Assembly: GCF_000142905.1 (NCBI RefSeq)
Contig: NW_013657639.1
Span: forward strand, 296,899 to 350,512
Length of the DNA: 53,614 nt
Reading direction: 5' to 3'
From: Thecamonas trahens ATCC 50062
Lineage: Eukaryota; Protista; Apusomonadida
Position 1 is the stretch's first letter. Every line of letters begins with the position of its first letter. The position numbers and the translations under genes are program-made. This document shows, piece by piece, positions 41,209 to 53,500 of the stretch. The notes under the pieces are model-generated. The model was given only the letters and a program-made list of their open reading frames with translations. It was not told the origin of the DNA and searched no databases.

Positions 41209-44200
41209 CTAGACGCTCGTGTACTCGGAGGGCGAGACTGACGAGGAGGAGGCGCCTGAGCCCGAGGCAGTGGGCATAGAGGCGACGGGACCAAGCTCGA
41301 GGTCACCGTCACTGTTGTCGCTGTCATCGCTGTCGGCGGTGTGCGCGTCGACAGCGGCATAGCCGTTGGTGGGCATGTGGTAGCGTGACGAGCCGTTGTC
41401 GTGATGGGGGAGCGGCTTGGAGGCCGACGGGGTTGCTTCCGAGGCTTGAACGATGGAGGCCTGCGGGACGGTGGCGTGGAGGAGGTCCTCGGTGGTGTGA
41501 ATGTTGTTGAAGCGCTCCGAGTGATGGCGCTGGAGGACGAGTACGGCGTTTGTCGAGTCGACGTCGGCGACCGAGGCGCGCTTGCCGAGCGCCGAGCGGG
41601 CGTCTTTGCGGACGCGGAGGATGTAGACCGGGTCTGCGGCATCATCGCGGTAGTCGTCGAGGCCGCGGCCGGAGAGGTAGACCTCGACCATAGTGGCGAT
41701 GATGAACGGAATGGTCATCATCTGGACGGTGAGGAGGCGGAAGCGGAGGCCCCAAAAGGCCGGCGTGACAAAGGGAACGCGAAAGATGAGCGGGACGAGG
41801 ACGGTAAAAGTGGCCTCGGCGAGAAAAACGGTGAGGACGCCGACAAGCGCCATGGCAGCGGTGTAGTACCGCGCAAGGTAGATGAACTCGGGGTGGTTGA
41901 TCTGAGCCGACGAGTCGGCAAAGAGGTTGAGAAAGTTGAGGCCAACGACGCGGAGCTTGGCGCGCCACGACGAGCCGGGCACGATCTTGCGGAAGGCGAG
42001 TGCTGAGACGTGGTAGGAGCGGACGACGAGAAAGGCGGCGAGCGAAGAGGGGCAGATGACGTAGGCGACAAAGCGCGGGACGACGCCCGGCGTGTGGATG
42101 AGAGTCGACTCCCACTCGTCAATGGTGTGGCCGTACCAGAGGTAGAGGAGGACAAAAGCGCCGATGGAGAAAAAGTAAAAGGCGGCGACGGACCAGAAGG
42201 CCCAGGCGAGGGCCTTGATGTTCTTGGCGCGGTCGGCCTCGCCGGTAAACCGCGAGCAGCAGCAGCAGCGGAGAACGAGCGAGAGGTCGACAAAGGTGTA
42301 GACTTGCAGGACGTAGGCCACGACGATGAGGACAATGATGTTGAGGATGAGGGTGAGCATGGCGTTGCGGAGGATCCACATGCGGAGAGCATGCGCGCGG
42401 GCGGCGCGCCAGGTGGAGACGAGGCGGTCGACGCCGACTTTGTAGAACTCCTCCGACTCGCCGGTGTGGTTGCCGTAGACCAGGTCCGAGTCGATGGCCT
42501 TGTACTCGGGCACGGTGCCGAGAAAGGCGGCGACAAAGCGCTGCTTCTGGACAAAGAGGTCGTAGTAGTGGAGGGTGCGGGCGGGTTGCGAGGCAAAGAC
42601 CAGAGCGTCGGTGATGAAGCGACCGGTAGCCTGGCGCGGGACCGGCATGCCGAGGATGGCGGCAACGGTCGGGGCGAGGTCGGTGTTCTCGATCTGGCCG
42701 CTAAAGGCCGGTCCCGAGTAGGGCGTCGAGGCAAAGTTGGAGTTTTTGCGGTAGATGATGAGCGGGACGTTTGTGAGCTCGTCCTGGACGCCGCCGTGGC
42801 CGCCGCGGTTGACGTGGCCGTGGTCGGCAAAGATAAAGACGACGGTGTCGTCGTCAAGCGCATCGGTGAGCTCGTCAAGAATGCGGGTCTTGTTGGTCAC
42901 GGCACCGTTGTACGAGTCGTCGCTGTTGTAGGTCTTGGAGACGCCAAACGAGTGGCCCTGCATGTCGACGTCAGAAAAGTGTGCAAGGAAGAGACCGTAC
43001 TCGAGGGCAGAGCCCTGGAGGGCGATGGCCTGCTTAGCGACCGCGGCGCGGAGGTCGTCGGCCGGGTCAGCGGTTGGGCGGCCGACCGAGATGGGCACGC
43101 CGTTGACCTTGGGGAGCGTCGACGGCGAGAGGGTGCCGTCGCCGGAGAGGAACGGAAGCGTTGACTTGACAATGTCGGACATCCATGGCGACGCAGTCAT
43201 GCCGCGGTTGAGGCCGTAGATCTGGGCCTCGTTGTAGATCGAGTCGTACTTGGTCTCGGGAATGAGCAGGTTGCCGAGGACGCCCGTGAGCTCGGGTGGG
43301 GCGCCGGTGAGCGAGGTGACCCAGTTTGGAACAGACATCGATGGGAGCTGTACCTTCATCCGGTACGTCCGGGCGTGGGCGCTATCTTGGATGAGGCTAG
43401 AAAGGCGGCCATGGCCGAGTTGCGCGAGAGAAAGTCGTAGCGGAAGCCATCGAGCAGGACCATGAGCACCTTGGTGGTGTTCTGGGTCCGGCCCGGGCCA
43501 AAGTAAGCGTTGATGTCAGAGCGCGAATTGAGGGCGTCGATGTCGGCCTGCGGGAGGTACTCGCCCTGAGTGGAGAGGACCTTGCGGAACTCAAAGACAA
43601 AGTTGCCGATGGCGAGGGCGAGGACAAGGAGGGTGATGCCGAGAAAGTAAGCGCGGCCGCGGATGAGAGCACGCGCGTAGATACGGCGGACGTCGCGAAG
43701 CTCGAGCCACGAGTCGAGAGCGACGAGGTAGTCGACGACCTCGCCGTGGTGGAGCTTGGAGCAGGTGGAGGAGACGGCGGCCGACGAGGCGTCGTCGAGG
43801 GAGATGTCGGTCGGGACGTGGGTCCGGAACATGAGCAGGAGAAGGACGGTGATGAAGATGACCTGGAAAACCACAATGGGCACGACAAGCTGAAGCCGGC
43901 CGGGCGTCGGGTTGGCGAGGTTGATGATGGCGCCGGCGCCGCGGAGGGTGGTGAGGAGGGCGATGGGGAAGAGGCGATGGGTGGCGCGCGAGAGGGTGAT
44001 GTTGACAAGCAGAGCGAGCGAGATGACACAGCCGACGGCAACCATGACCAGGCCCATGAACCGGGACCATACAATGTCGGTCGCTTGCTGTGACTCGGCA
44101 TCGTTGAGCCCGTACGTGGCCGACCGCCGCGAGTCAGTCCGCACCAGGAGCGCAATGGCAAGGATAAGCTCGACAATGGCAAGAACAAAGAGCAGAGCCA

Positions 44201-44267
44201 TTTCTGGTCGGAGGAAGAGCTTTGACCGCGAGAAGCTGAGCCGAACTGCAGAGAGCGACCTCAACAT
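41209..44267 (-). CDS. Multi-pass alkaline-phosphatase-superfamily enzyme, GPI ethanolamine-phosphate transferase (PIG-O/PIG-G)-like; apparent frameshift at 43377-43379
   Basis: VLMVLLDGFRYD (ORF1), then PSMSVPNW..LTG, AHFSDVDMQGH, FIFADHGH..GGHGG, DLAPTVAAILGMPVP...G (ORF2). TM clusters on both sides. Confidence 0.78.
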
Positions 44268-44458
44268 GGTTGGCGGAGTGGTACGGAGTTAGGGGGGTGG
44301 GTGGGTGGGGGTGGGGTGGGTGAGGTGTTGCGGAACGTGCGTGGTAGGCGGCCGCCTGGCAACGGGTGGCGGGCGGTGTGGAGGGCAATGATTATGGCAA
44401 CGAGAAATAATTGAGGTTTTTTGGGAGCGTTTGGCGCCAACAGCAGGTGCGAGTGACG

Positions 44459-44481
44459 AGAGAGAGAGAGAGAGAGGCAGC

Positions 44482-44520
<39 letters not shown>
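44459..44520. repeat. (GA)n microsatellite in divergent intergenic region
   Basis: Read directly. Confidence 0.85.
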
Positions 44521-44524
<4 letters not shown>

Positions 44525-44677
44525 GCTCGGTGCTGGAGCTGCTTCCGACGAGACACACTCGAGTTGGTGCAAGGGTGACTTGCGGCTAGGAGCCTCGGGA
44601 GCTTGTGCCTGGTTGTGTCCTGTGTCCTGTGTCGTGTACGGCTGGTGGGTGACAAACGGGCCGAGGACACGCTGACA

Positions 44678-47600
44678 ATGCCGTTCGTCCCGCCGTCCCC
44701 AGGCTCATCGTTCTCGCGCATCTCGCGCTCGCCGCTGGCCTCGCGCCCGCCGGCGTACTTCCCGGATCCGGACACGCCTACGGTGGGCGAGCTGTGGCGG
44801 CGACCGGACGATGTGGCGGTGGTTGATGCTGGGCCACCGCGGTGCGAGCCGGATCGCAACACGCCGGCGCTGCTCGGCAACGCCGGAGTATGTCTCGGAC
44901 TGGTGAAGGGCCATGCGGCCAGGGTCCGGGCCGTGGCGGTTGTGGGAACACAGGTGTGGTCCGGTTCGCTGGCGTCATCGGTCCTTGTCCACGAGGCTGC
45001 CACCGGCAAGCTTGTGGGCTCGCTCTCGTGCAGCGCTGGGAGCGAGCGGGCGCAGGCTGCGCGGCGGGCAGCCGTGCCCGCAGAGTCGCAGGGCGCGCCG
45101 CTCGACGAGCACGTCTCGGCACTGCTTGCAGTCGGCGACACGGTGTGGATTGGGTTCTCGTCCGGGCGACTCGGTGTGTGGAACGCCAAGTCTGGGCTGG
45201 AGATGGAGGAGCTCGCTGGTCCGTCGTCCGATGCGCACGCCGAGATCACGGCCCTGGCCCTTGTCGCCAACACGGTGTGGATCGCCAGCGCCGACGGCGG
45301 CATCGCCGTGTGGGACGCCCGCGGTAGAGTGTGCAACACTGTGCTGAGTGGACACACCAACGGAGTCCGCGCTCTTCTCTGCGTCACCGTTCCTGCACTG
45401 CAGGGCCTCCCGCAAGTTGCGGTCTGGTCGGCCTCGGACGACAACACCATCCGGATGTGGGATCCGCAGAGTGGCGAGACCCGCCACATTCTCGACGCGC
45501 ACACAGGTGCCGTCCTTGCCCTTGCCGCCGACGACGCCGGTCGGGTCTGGTCCGGCGGCGCCGACAAGTCGATATTGGTCTGGAACGCCGCGTCCGGCAA
45601 GCTCGAAGCCGACATCACGCCATCAGCCGCAGGCTGGGTCACCGACCTAGTCTGGGCGACTCCGTTTATGTGGGCAGCCTCGACGGACCGGTCAGTCCGT
45701 ATCTACTCGAGCACGCCAGTGTGCCTTCGGATCTGCCACGGCCACGGCGGGTGGGTCACCGCCCTCACCAGAGTTCGCAACACCGTGTGGTCGGCGTCGT
45801 CCGACACCACTCTTCGGATCTGGACCGCCGCTCCCGACGCTGAGCTCCCGCGCCACAGCGGCCAGTCGCCGCCTCGGGCGAGCCTTGCAAGTGCTGCGGG
45901 AGGGCCGCGCACTGGCTTTGACGTCTACGCCGCACTGGCGTCAACGCTGCCGCAGCTTGACGCTGACTACGCCGACACGGCCGCAGCTCGAGCGGCAGCA
46001 GCGGTGGAGCAAGCAGAGGTGGGGCAGAACGTAGAGCAGCGGCGCTCAGCTGCGCGGCGCTTGTCGCCGTCGCGGACTCGTGGGCCTGAGACCGATGATG
46101 CAACGCGAGATGGGGCCGGAACGGTTGCGTGGGAAGTTGACGTCAACGCGTTTCGGTCTAAGCGGGCACAGGCGCTGGCTCAGGCGCGCGAGCGTGAGCG
46201 TGAGCGTGCGCTTGAACGCAGGCGAGAGCATGTGCGAGAGCATGAGATGGAAGACGGAGAAGGACATGACTTTGAAGATGGGCTCGTTGGTGGGCGCAAG
46301 AGTGAGTTTGATCCGACTCGGACGCCGGGCTCGGCGCGGCGGTCAGTCACGTTTGCACAGTATCTCGAGAGTGGAGGAGCAGCGAGCGGGATGTCGTCGC
46401 TCGGCGGCTCGCGCTTGTCGCACATGTCGGATGACTCGCTTGCTGAGCTTGATGCGGTCTCGCCACTCAAGAAGATCCACGAGCTACACTCCAAATATGA
46501 GGACCAGCTCGCAGCCGAGGCTGCGGAATCACCGGTGGTGGGAGGCGCCGTTCCGCACGTCCCCATCCCGCCATTTGAGCTGACACAGGCCAATCCTGGC
46601 GCTGCGTTTGGTTACTCGCCGGCCCAGACGCTCAACATGCCAGATCTTCGCGTGTTGAGCTCGCCCGTCCGCAGCGACGCGTTCGAGGTGTCGGATGACG
46701 AAGTGGAGGATGAGCGCGAGCGTGACCGGGAGGGAGAGCGCGAGCGGGGGCGGGAGCGCGAGCCGAAGCGCGATCAAGAGCGTGGGAGCGAAGGGCACGA
46801 TGCGTCCGACGACTCCGACGATGGCGACAACGGCCGAGAAGATGGGATAGAGGAGGGGCGAGGAGGCGAGGATTCCGCAACTCGACCGGTTGATCACGCC
46901 GTGGCGGCATTAGCGAGTGCAGACGCTGATCAAGGCGCCTTCTCGGGTGCCGGCTCACCGTACCCGGACACGCCGGGGCCTCGTGGCGTCGGGGGTTTTG
47001 AGCTCTCGTCGGATGGCGAAGACAGGCGAGAGGCTGGTGGCAGCACCTCGCCACAGCGACGTGGGCCGCGGCTGGCGCGCAGACTGGCACGGCGAGGGTC
47101 ACGGACACCCAAAGGGACGCATGCATTGCCGCGGCAGCCTCAGCAGGACCAGGCCGATAGCCCTGGTCGGGACGAGGGCAGCGAGCGTGGCGGTCGGCGG
47201 CGGCAGTGGGCATCGCCGACCCAACACTATCAAGCACTGATGGAGGGCCGTGAGACAACGCTGTCGCCGTTGGCGGCGATGAACGCGACACTGGAGGAGG
47301 CTCGGGCGGCGCGGAGCGCGCGCGAGGCTGCCGCCACAGAAGCAGCCGATGCCGCCGCAATTGAGCGAGAGGAGCGGCGCAAGGAGCTCCAGGCGCGCGA
47401 CGCGGCGCAGCGTGATCGTGATCTGGAGGCTGCACTGCTGGCATCGAGCAGACCACGGATAGCTCCGAGTGAGGATCGCGAGGAGGCCGACGGCCATCAT
47501 CATCGGCGTGCAGTCGATCTCCAGCGCGAGGTGGACGCGGCGCGGGTGGCAGCGCGGCCGGCGCGGCGGGCTCTGGCACGAGCACGGGCAGACGGGCGGA

Positions 47601-48172
47601 TGCTCGACGAAGTCGGGGTCGATGGCTACGTCGCAATGTCAGATGACGGGTCGTCAGGTGAGAGATCTCTCCCACCAGCAGCGCGTGAAGCGATTGCGGG
47701 CGTGGACGACGTTCACAGCTCTGTTCGAGCCGGCGCGACCTCTGCCCGCGTTCAAATCACCGGCCTCATCGAAGCGATCAAGCGGACGATGGCTGCCAAT
47801 AAGAGCGTGCTCCAGGGCACGGAGCGAGCAATGGCGCGAGCCGAAGCAAGTGGCGAGGCCGCGCGGGCGTCGGTCCCACCGCAGGATGTGCTTGATCTCG
47901 CCAGCGAGGCGCGGCTGGAGCAGGCGGAGCTCAAGGCCGCGCTCCGCGCTGTCGCCGTCAAGTTTGGTGACGACATCCGTGCTGCGCGGACAGCCAAGCC
48001 TGCTTCGGGTAGCGGTGGCGACGGCAGACTCGAGAGTCCGCGTGACGCCGCGCCCGCCACTCCTGCGCCAGCATCGCAAGCCCAGCTCCCGCCGTCGCGG
48101 ACCGTTCCGGACCAGTTTGTGGCGCCGTTCTTCTCGTCGCTCTACGGCTCGCGGCGGAGCGAGGAGAGGTGA
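44678..48172 (+). CDS. WD40-repeat protein with long disordered/coiled-coil C-terminal region
   Basis: Repeats GHAARVRAV..VWSG, GHTNGVRAL..VWSASDDNTIRMWD, AHTGAV..VWSGGADKSILVWN, GHGGWVTAL..VWSASSDTTLRIW. Confidence 0.88.
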   Translation: MPFVPPSPGSSFSRISRSPLASRPPAYFPDPDTPTVGELWRRPDDVAVVDAGPPRCEPDRNTPALLGNAGVCLGLVKGHAARVRAVAVVGTQVWSGSLASSVLVHEAATGKLVGSLSCSAGSERAQAARRAAVPAESQGAPLDEHVSALLAVGDTVWIGFSSGRLGVWNAKSGLEMEELAGPSSDAHAEITALALVANTVWIASADGGIAVWDARGRVCNTVLSGHTNGVRALLCVTVPALQGLPQVAVWSASDDNTIRMWDPQSGETRHILDAHTGAVLALAADDAGRVWSGGADKSILVWNAASGKLEADITPSAAGWVTDLVWATPFMWAASTDRSVRIYSSTPVCLRICHGHGGWVTALTRVRNTVWSASSDTTLRIWTAAPDAELPRHSGQSPPRASLASAAGGPRTGFDVYAALASTLPQLDADYADTAAARAAAAVEQAEVGQNVEQRRSAARRLSPSRTRGPETDDATRDGAGTVAWEVDVNAFRSKRAQALAQARERERERALERRREHVREHEMEDGEGHDFEDGLVGGRKSEFDPTRTPGSARRSVTFAQYLESGGAASGMSSLGGSRLSHMSDDSLAELDAVSPLKKIHELHSKYEDQLAAEAAESPVVGGAVPHVPIPPFELTQANPGAAFGYSPAQTLNMPDLRVLSSPVRSDAFEVSDDEVEDERERDREGERERGREREPKRDQERGSEGHDASDDSDDGDNGREDGIEEGRGGEDSATRPVDHAVAALASADADQGAFSGAGSPYPDTPGPRGVGGFELSSDGEDRREAGGSTSPQRRGPRLARRLARRGSRTPKGTHALPRQPQQDQADSPGRDEGSERGGRRRQWASPTQHYQALMEGRETTLSPLAAMNATLEEARAARSAREAAATEAADAAAIEREERRKELQARDAAQRDRDLEAALLASSRPRIAPSEDREEADGHHHRRAVDLQREVDAARVAARPARRALARARADGRMLDEVGVDGYVAMSDDGSSGERSLPPAAREAIAGVDDVHSSVRAGATSARVQITGLIEAIKRTMAANKSVLQGTERAMARAEASGEAARASVPPQDVLDLASEARLEQAELKAALRAVAVKFGDDIRAARTAKPASGSGGDGRLESPRDAAPATPAPASQAQLPPSRTVPDQFVAPFFSSLYGSRRSEER

Positions 48173-48288
48173 GCTGAGTAAAGATGCAAGTGATTGACAG
48201 AGCAGCGGTGATGGCGATGGTAGTGACCGTGTTTGGCACTGGCAGTCGACGTTCACGACCACTTCTCGTTTGTCGCCACCCGTTTGCC

Positions 48289-49345
48289 ATGGACATCGAC
48301 GACGACACCCTCCAGGTACGGGTAGAGTGAGAAGCCGGGGGGCGTTATCACAGCAGCAGACAACCCATTACCATTACGCGTCATGCCGTGATGCGCTTGG
48401 TAGCTCTGACGAGGGGCAGTCGCTGTGGTAGGCAGCATGGGACCGAGCCGTTGCCTGGTTACGTGGGGCCAGTTTTTGGCAGTGGTGGTGCCAGCGGGCG
48501 GGAGGCGGGAAGCTTGGGCTGGGGGACGGGCGAGGGGGCAAGTGGGGAGTGGAGGTGGTTTGTGACAGAACCAAGAGTAAGGCAATGGGCTTACATGTTG
48601 TGGGGCGGTTATGAGCGTGTAGAAGCTGTATGTGTGGGTCGACACCATCCCGCTCTCGCGGCCGAAGAAGAACATCAACCGCGACTTCTCGGACGCGGTG
48701 CTGGCCGCGGAGACGATCAAGCACCTCTTCCCCAAGCTTGTGGAAATGCACAACTACTCGGCAGCGCACTCTGTGAACCAGAAGCTGTACAACTGGCAGA
48801 CGCTCAACTCAAAGGTCCTCCGCAGGCTCGGGCTCAAGCTTGATGCCGCGGAGATGCAGTCGCTGGCACGGGCTGAGCCCGGGGCCATTGAGACCCTCCT
48901 TGTCCGGCTGATGCATAAGATGGAGCATCACAAGCAGCGCGCGATGGAGCGGTCGGGCGCGAGCAGTGCGAGCGGCGGTGGCGGTGGCCGCAGCGGGCGG
49001 CGGGCGTCGCGGGAGAGCCGCGACAGGCACGACTCGCGTGACGATGGGCGCGACTCGCGTCGGGCGCCGCGTGACGACTACAGGGATAGTCGATTCGAGG
49101 AGGCACATCCGCCGCCGGCACATGCTGGGCCCGGGCAGGGCACCAGCGGGCACGGCGCGCGGCCGCTCAACCTCGACTCGGCCACTGTCGACTCTGAGCT
49201 GTTGGTGGAGAAGGAGCGGACGATTATCCAGCTCCGCGAGATTGTCAAGGTCCTCGAGCGCAAGGTCATGAAGCTGGAGAAGCTTGTTGAGCTCAAGAAC
49301 TCGAAGATCTCGTCGCTCCAGTCGGAGCTCGCCCGTCGTGGGTAG
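48289..49345 (+). CDS. SPEF1: Sperm flagellar protein 1 (CH-domain axonemal protein); exons 48289-48315 and 48623-49345
   Basis: MDIDDDTLQ|KLYVWVDTIPLSRPKKNINRDFSD..HLFPKLVEMHNY...KLYNWQTLN.KVL; C-terminal coiled coil LLVEKE..I.QL.E.V.VLE.KV.KLE.LV.LK. Intron GTACGG...GTAG. Confidence 0.95.
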
Positions 49346-49450
49346 GCTTCGGTGATAGTAGGGAGAGGACTCGGTGGAGATGTGGGTAGGAGATGCACCA
49401 AGTAACAGTTGGTGTGGATGTTCGATAGTACTGCGAAAGGGCAATGTGTG

Positions 49451-49458
<8 letters not shown>

Positions 49459-49530
<72 letters not shown>
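49459..49530. repeat. (TG)n microsatellite, about 35 units
   Basis: Read directly. Confidence 0.95.
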
Positions 49531-49532
<2 letters not shown>

Positions 49533-49609
49533 CGAGAGAGTGCTCGTTTGGCCGTGGTGGGTGTGGGCTCACGAGAGAAGAGGCCACCACTTGACGCCAA
49601 GTCGCGGGC

Positions 49610-50596
49610 ATGGCGACGGGTGGCAAAGAGGTGCACGAGGTGCTACTGACGGGGGTACCAGCAACGTCTGTGTCTCGGGTTTACACTGTGATGGGCGGGA
49701 GCGGGGGCGGAGCGGCGGGCGGGAGCGGGAGCGAGGCGGTTTCCGGGCTGGTGGTGGTGTTTCCGGGCGATGTGCAGAACAGAGCAGAGGAGCAGGCCAA
49801 GTCGCCTATCGGGCAGCAGCTGATGGAGTACTCGCTGGAGAAGACGGCGGAGAGGCTGGGTGCAAAGTGGCCAGACAAGGCGGTGTTTGTGGTCGCGCCG
49901 AAGAGAATGGTGGAGGACAAGGCAGTGTACGACAACATGCTGCTCGGTGGGCGGGCGCTGGTGTATCTCGATGCGCTGGTGGATGGGATGCGGCAGCACA
50001 TTGGAGCAAGCTCGGCGCTGCCGGTGCACCTTGTTGGATTTTCATCGGGTGCAGCTGTTGTCAACCGGGTGCTCACCGAAGTCCTCGACTCGTTCCGCGA
50101 GCCAGTTCTCGCCGCATCGCCGGATGGATCGATCAAGCCGATTGTGCGGCTGATGTACGACAAGGCGGTGGCAGCCAACGTCAAGGTTCAGGAGATGTTC
50201 TTTGGCCGCCTCGTGTCGATGACCTGGCTCGATGCCGCCAACGGCCCGCCGCTCGGCGAGCAGCACACCTCGGACGAGGTGCTCGAAGCTTTTGCAGCGC
50301 GCGCACCTGACGGCTGGCGCCTCTCAGCACGCATCATCTCCAGCGAGTGGCAGGTCAACGACCCCCGGCGTCCATGGATCCGGCCATCCCTTGCCGCGCT
50401 CTTTGACCTCCTGCAGAAGCTTGACCACGTCGACGCATCTTGGGACGCGCCGCCGGAGCTCGTGCCCGACGACGATGACAACAGTGACGACGCAGCGACC
50501 GAGGGAGACGCAGTGGCTACAGCAGCTGCCGACGACGCCGAAATAGTGCGTACGCTCCAGGCGCACTTTGCCATGCTCGACGAGTTTGATCTGTAG
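49610..50596 (+). CDS. C2orf69: C2orf69 (UPF0565) alpha/beta-hydrolase-like homolog
   Basis: FPGDVQN, YSLE.TA.RL, RM....VYDN, LVGFSSGAAVVN, MTWLD, WQVNDPRRPWI, AHF match the family blocks in order. Confidence 0.85.
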   Translation: MATGGKEVHEVLLTGVPATSVSRVYTVMGGSGGGAAGGSGSEAVSGLVVVFPGDVQNRAEEQAKSPIGQQLMEYSLEKTAERLGAKWPDKAVFVVAPKRMVEDKAVYDNMLLGGRALVYLDALVDGMRQHIGASSALPVHLVGFSSGAAVVNRVLTEVLDSFREPVLAASPDGSIKPIVRLMYDKAVAANVKVQEMFFGRLVSMTWLDAANGPPLGEQHTSDEVLEAFAARAPDGWRLSARIISSEWQVNDPRRPWIRPSLAALFDLLQKLDHVDASWDAPPELVPDDDDNSDDAATEGDAVATAAADDAEIVRTLQAHFAMLDEFDL

Positions 50597-53500
50597 CTGT
50601 GGTTAAAGGTGGTCGCTATTGAGATCCCTGTGAGCTGCTTACGCTAGCGGAGGCTGGTCAGCATGTCTCAGGAGGCGGCGTGTGTGGCAGGCATGTTGCG
50701 GCCTGGGCTTGCGCTTGCGGTGGATGTGGAGGCCGGGGTGGCGGTGGATGTGGAGGCCGGGGAGATGGAGGTGGCTGGTGTTTGACGCCGACAGCAAGGC
50801 TGTGATTGGAGCTGGCTGGTGAAGCGTGGACGAGGTGGTGGGCGTAGTGAAGGGGATTGCGCGGCAACGAGCGCCGCGACGGAGGAAGGCGCTGCCGATG
50901 GTGTCGGACAGCGGCGATGACGGGGAATCGTCGTGTGTGATTGGGGCCGTGAGCAATGCGGGGAGCAGCGGTTCGAGCTCGGAATCCAGCAGTGGGATGT
51001 CGTCCGGCGAGTGCCGCGAGTGGAAGCTCCTGGAGGAGATCCGGATGCCGAGCAGGGAGGAGGTGCTGCGGATGCATGTCGAGGAAGGCAAGTCGTGGGA
51101 CTCGATCCTTGGCGTGTTGAGCGAGGTGAGAGAGCGGCGGCGGATGGTGGTCGAGTACTTTATCGGGGGAGGGCTTGTGAAGGTGGATGAGTCTGGAGAG
51201 TAAATGACGAGGGGCAAGAGTCATGGCGGGGATGGGGACGATGGCGGTGGCTGCGATCTTGATTACTTGTGATTGGGTTGTGTTGGGTGTGGTAGAGATG
51301 GTGTTGCTGATGCTGCTGGTCTTGCTGATGCGATTGCTGTCGGGTCGTCCAAGTCGCCGTGCCCGTCGTCGTCGGGATTGAGGCATGGGTAGGCCGATGG
51401 GAGTGGGTGCAGGGGTTCAGGGGAGGTGGGCATGAGGATGTGGTTGGGAGGGGAGTGAGAGGAGGAGTGGCTTGTTCTCGGCCAGTCGGACTTGGGCCTA
51501 GTCATGATCAGTGGCGCAGTTGGTGGGAGGGGCGTCGATGGAGACGAGGGCTTGGGATTGGAGGAGGGGCAGTTTTGAGTTGCGGGGCGAGATGGAGGAG
51601 GGTAGAAGGGAGGGTGAGTACGATCAGGCTAGCAAGTGGCCATGGGTGCGCCATCGTCAGTTGGTGTCGATGTCGGTGAGGAGGAGTGGGTGGGGTGGGC
51701 TGGCGACTGGCGGTGGAGGTGATGGTGATGGCGATGACGACGACGATGACATTCATGTGCATCAGGCCAACAGTATCTGTACACGCTTGTCCGCTTCTGC
51801 TCGTCCTTCTGATCCCGATCTTGCGCCCTCATCCTCAACGTCAGCCTCGAACTTGGGTTGTGCGCTCGCTCGTTTGGGCTGTCGCTCACTTGGCCCCGCC
51901 CGGCAGTGATCCGGCGCCGATGGTGATACGCAGTAGCTGGCTTGCTCGCGATGTATGGAAAATTCATCCCTCTCCCTTGTCACATCCCTCTCATCCTCTC
52001 TCTCCCTCCCCAGCAGCCGCAGCCTCGGCCTCAGCCACGGTCACCGCCTCAGCTCGTCACCCGCTATCGCAACCATGAACGCTGCCGCCTCAACCATCAC
52101 TTCCATCGCCAGCCATCGCCATCCCCCATCCCCATCACTATCCTCAGCATTAGCATCAGCATTGTCACCAACCTGGTCATCGCCGCCTCGGGCTTGGGCT
52201 CCCTCTTCTCCCGCCACATCAGCAGCACGGCGCCCATGCCGGCGAGTGGCTGAGCAACGAGCGGCTGGCCGTCACTTGATCACTCGCTGCTCGCCTCGGC
52301 CTCGGCCACAGCAGCAGCGCTAGCTGTGGCAGCCACCACACTCATCCCACTCCAGCCATCTACACCCCCTCACCTCCATTCCCTGTGACTCCACCAGCCA
52401 CTCCCCCTGTATAGCCAGCCGCATGTCGTGCTCGGCTTGATCTAGCTTGATCTGGCTTGGCTGTGAGTGGTTGAGCGGGCGGGCAAGCGAGCGGCGAGTT
52501 GCTGGCCAGTGAGCAGTCGACAGGAGACGACGACACGGGCATCAGGACACAAGATCGGGCGACAGACTACTGCAGTCTTGTCTACCACTGCACCCTCCTC
52601 TATCCCTTCTCCCTCGTTCTCCCTCCCTTTCCTTCGCTCTGACCAGCCCACTGGCCTCGCCTGACCCGTCAGTCCTCTCGCCAGCAGCTGGGTTGGTTGA
52701 CAGGTGGGCTGGGGCAGGATGGGCAAGGCGGGGAGAAGAAGGGGGGGACGTGGTGGGGGAAGGGACTGATAACCATTGCCACTTGTCTCACTATCCACGG
52801 GTAGATCATACTATACTCGTGCTCTGCCTATCCTGATCGGGGTTGTGGTGAGCAGCAGGCGGCCAGAAGCGATGCTGATGACGAGATGGTGTCGGCTGAT
52901 GTGCGTATCGGGGCAAGTGAAGTGGGTGGCTATAATTGCAAGGGTAGTGAACATGTGTGGCGTGGGTGCGGTGGTAGTGGGTGGAGATGGTGGGGAGTGG
53001 GGGTCGGAAATAGGTCCGGGGAGGGGGGTGAGCAGCATCGAAGAGACACCAGGCCAACAAGTTGGGCCTCAGGTGGCAGAACTCGAATTCCGGAATACTG
53101 CAGCTGTGGATTGGAGACTGTGCATGGGGGTAGTGTGTGCGTGTAGTAGAGTAGTAGTGAAATCAGATTGGGCATATCTTGTAATGAGTGTAGTGGGGGC
53201 ATGTGCGGGATCGGGCGGTCGAGGACGTGCTCAACCACCTAGGCCAAACAAGTCGACGCGCAAGTGAGCCGAGGTCGATGGGTATGGGTGACGTCGATAT
53301 TGGTACTGAAGCTAGTTTGGGCGAGTGATGGCCGGGAGTGTGGTCGCGGGTTGTGTAGCTGGTAGTGGGTGGGAGCTAGGTGGTGGTGAAGGTCGGCTGA
53401 TCGGACGAGCGGGCGGCGGCTGCCGGCTGGTGCCCGGCAAGGCAGGGGCAGCAGAGGGGGCGGGGTCAGGGCTGGGTGGCTTGAGAATACTGTTGGTTGG

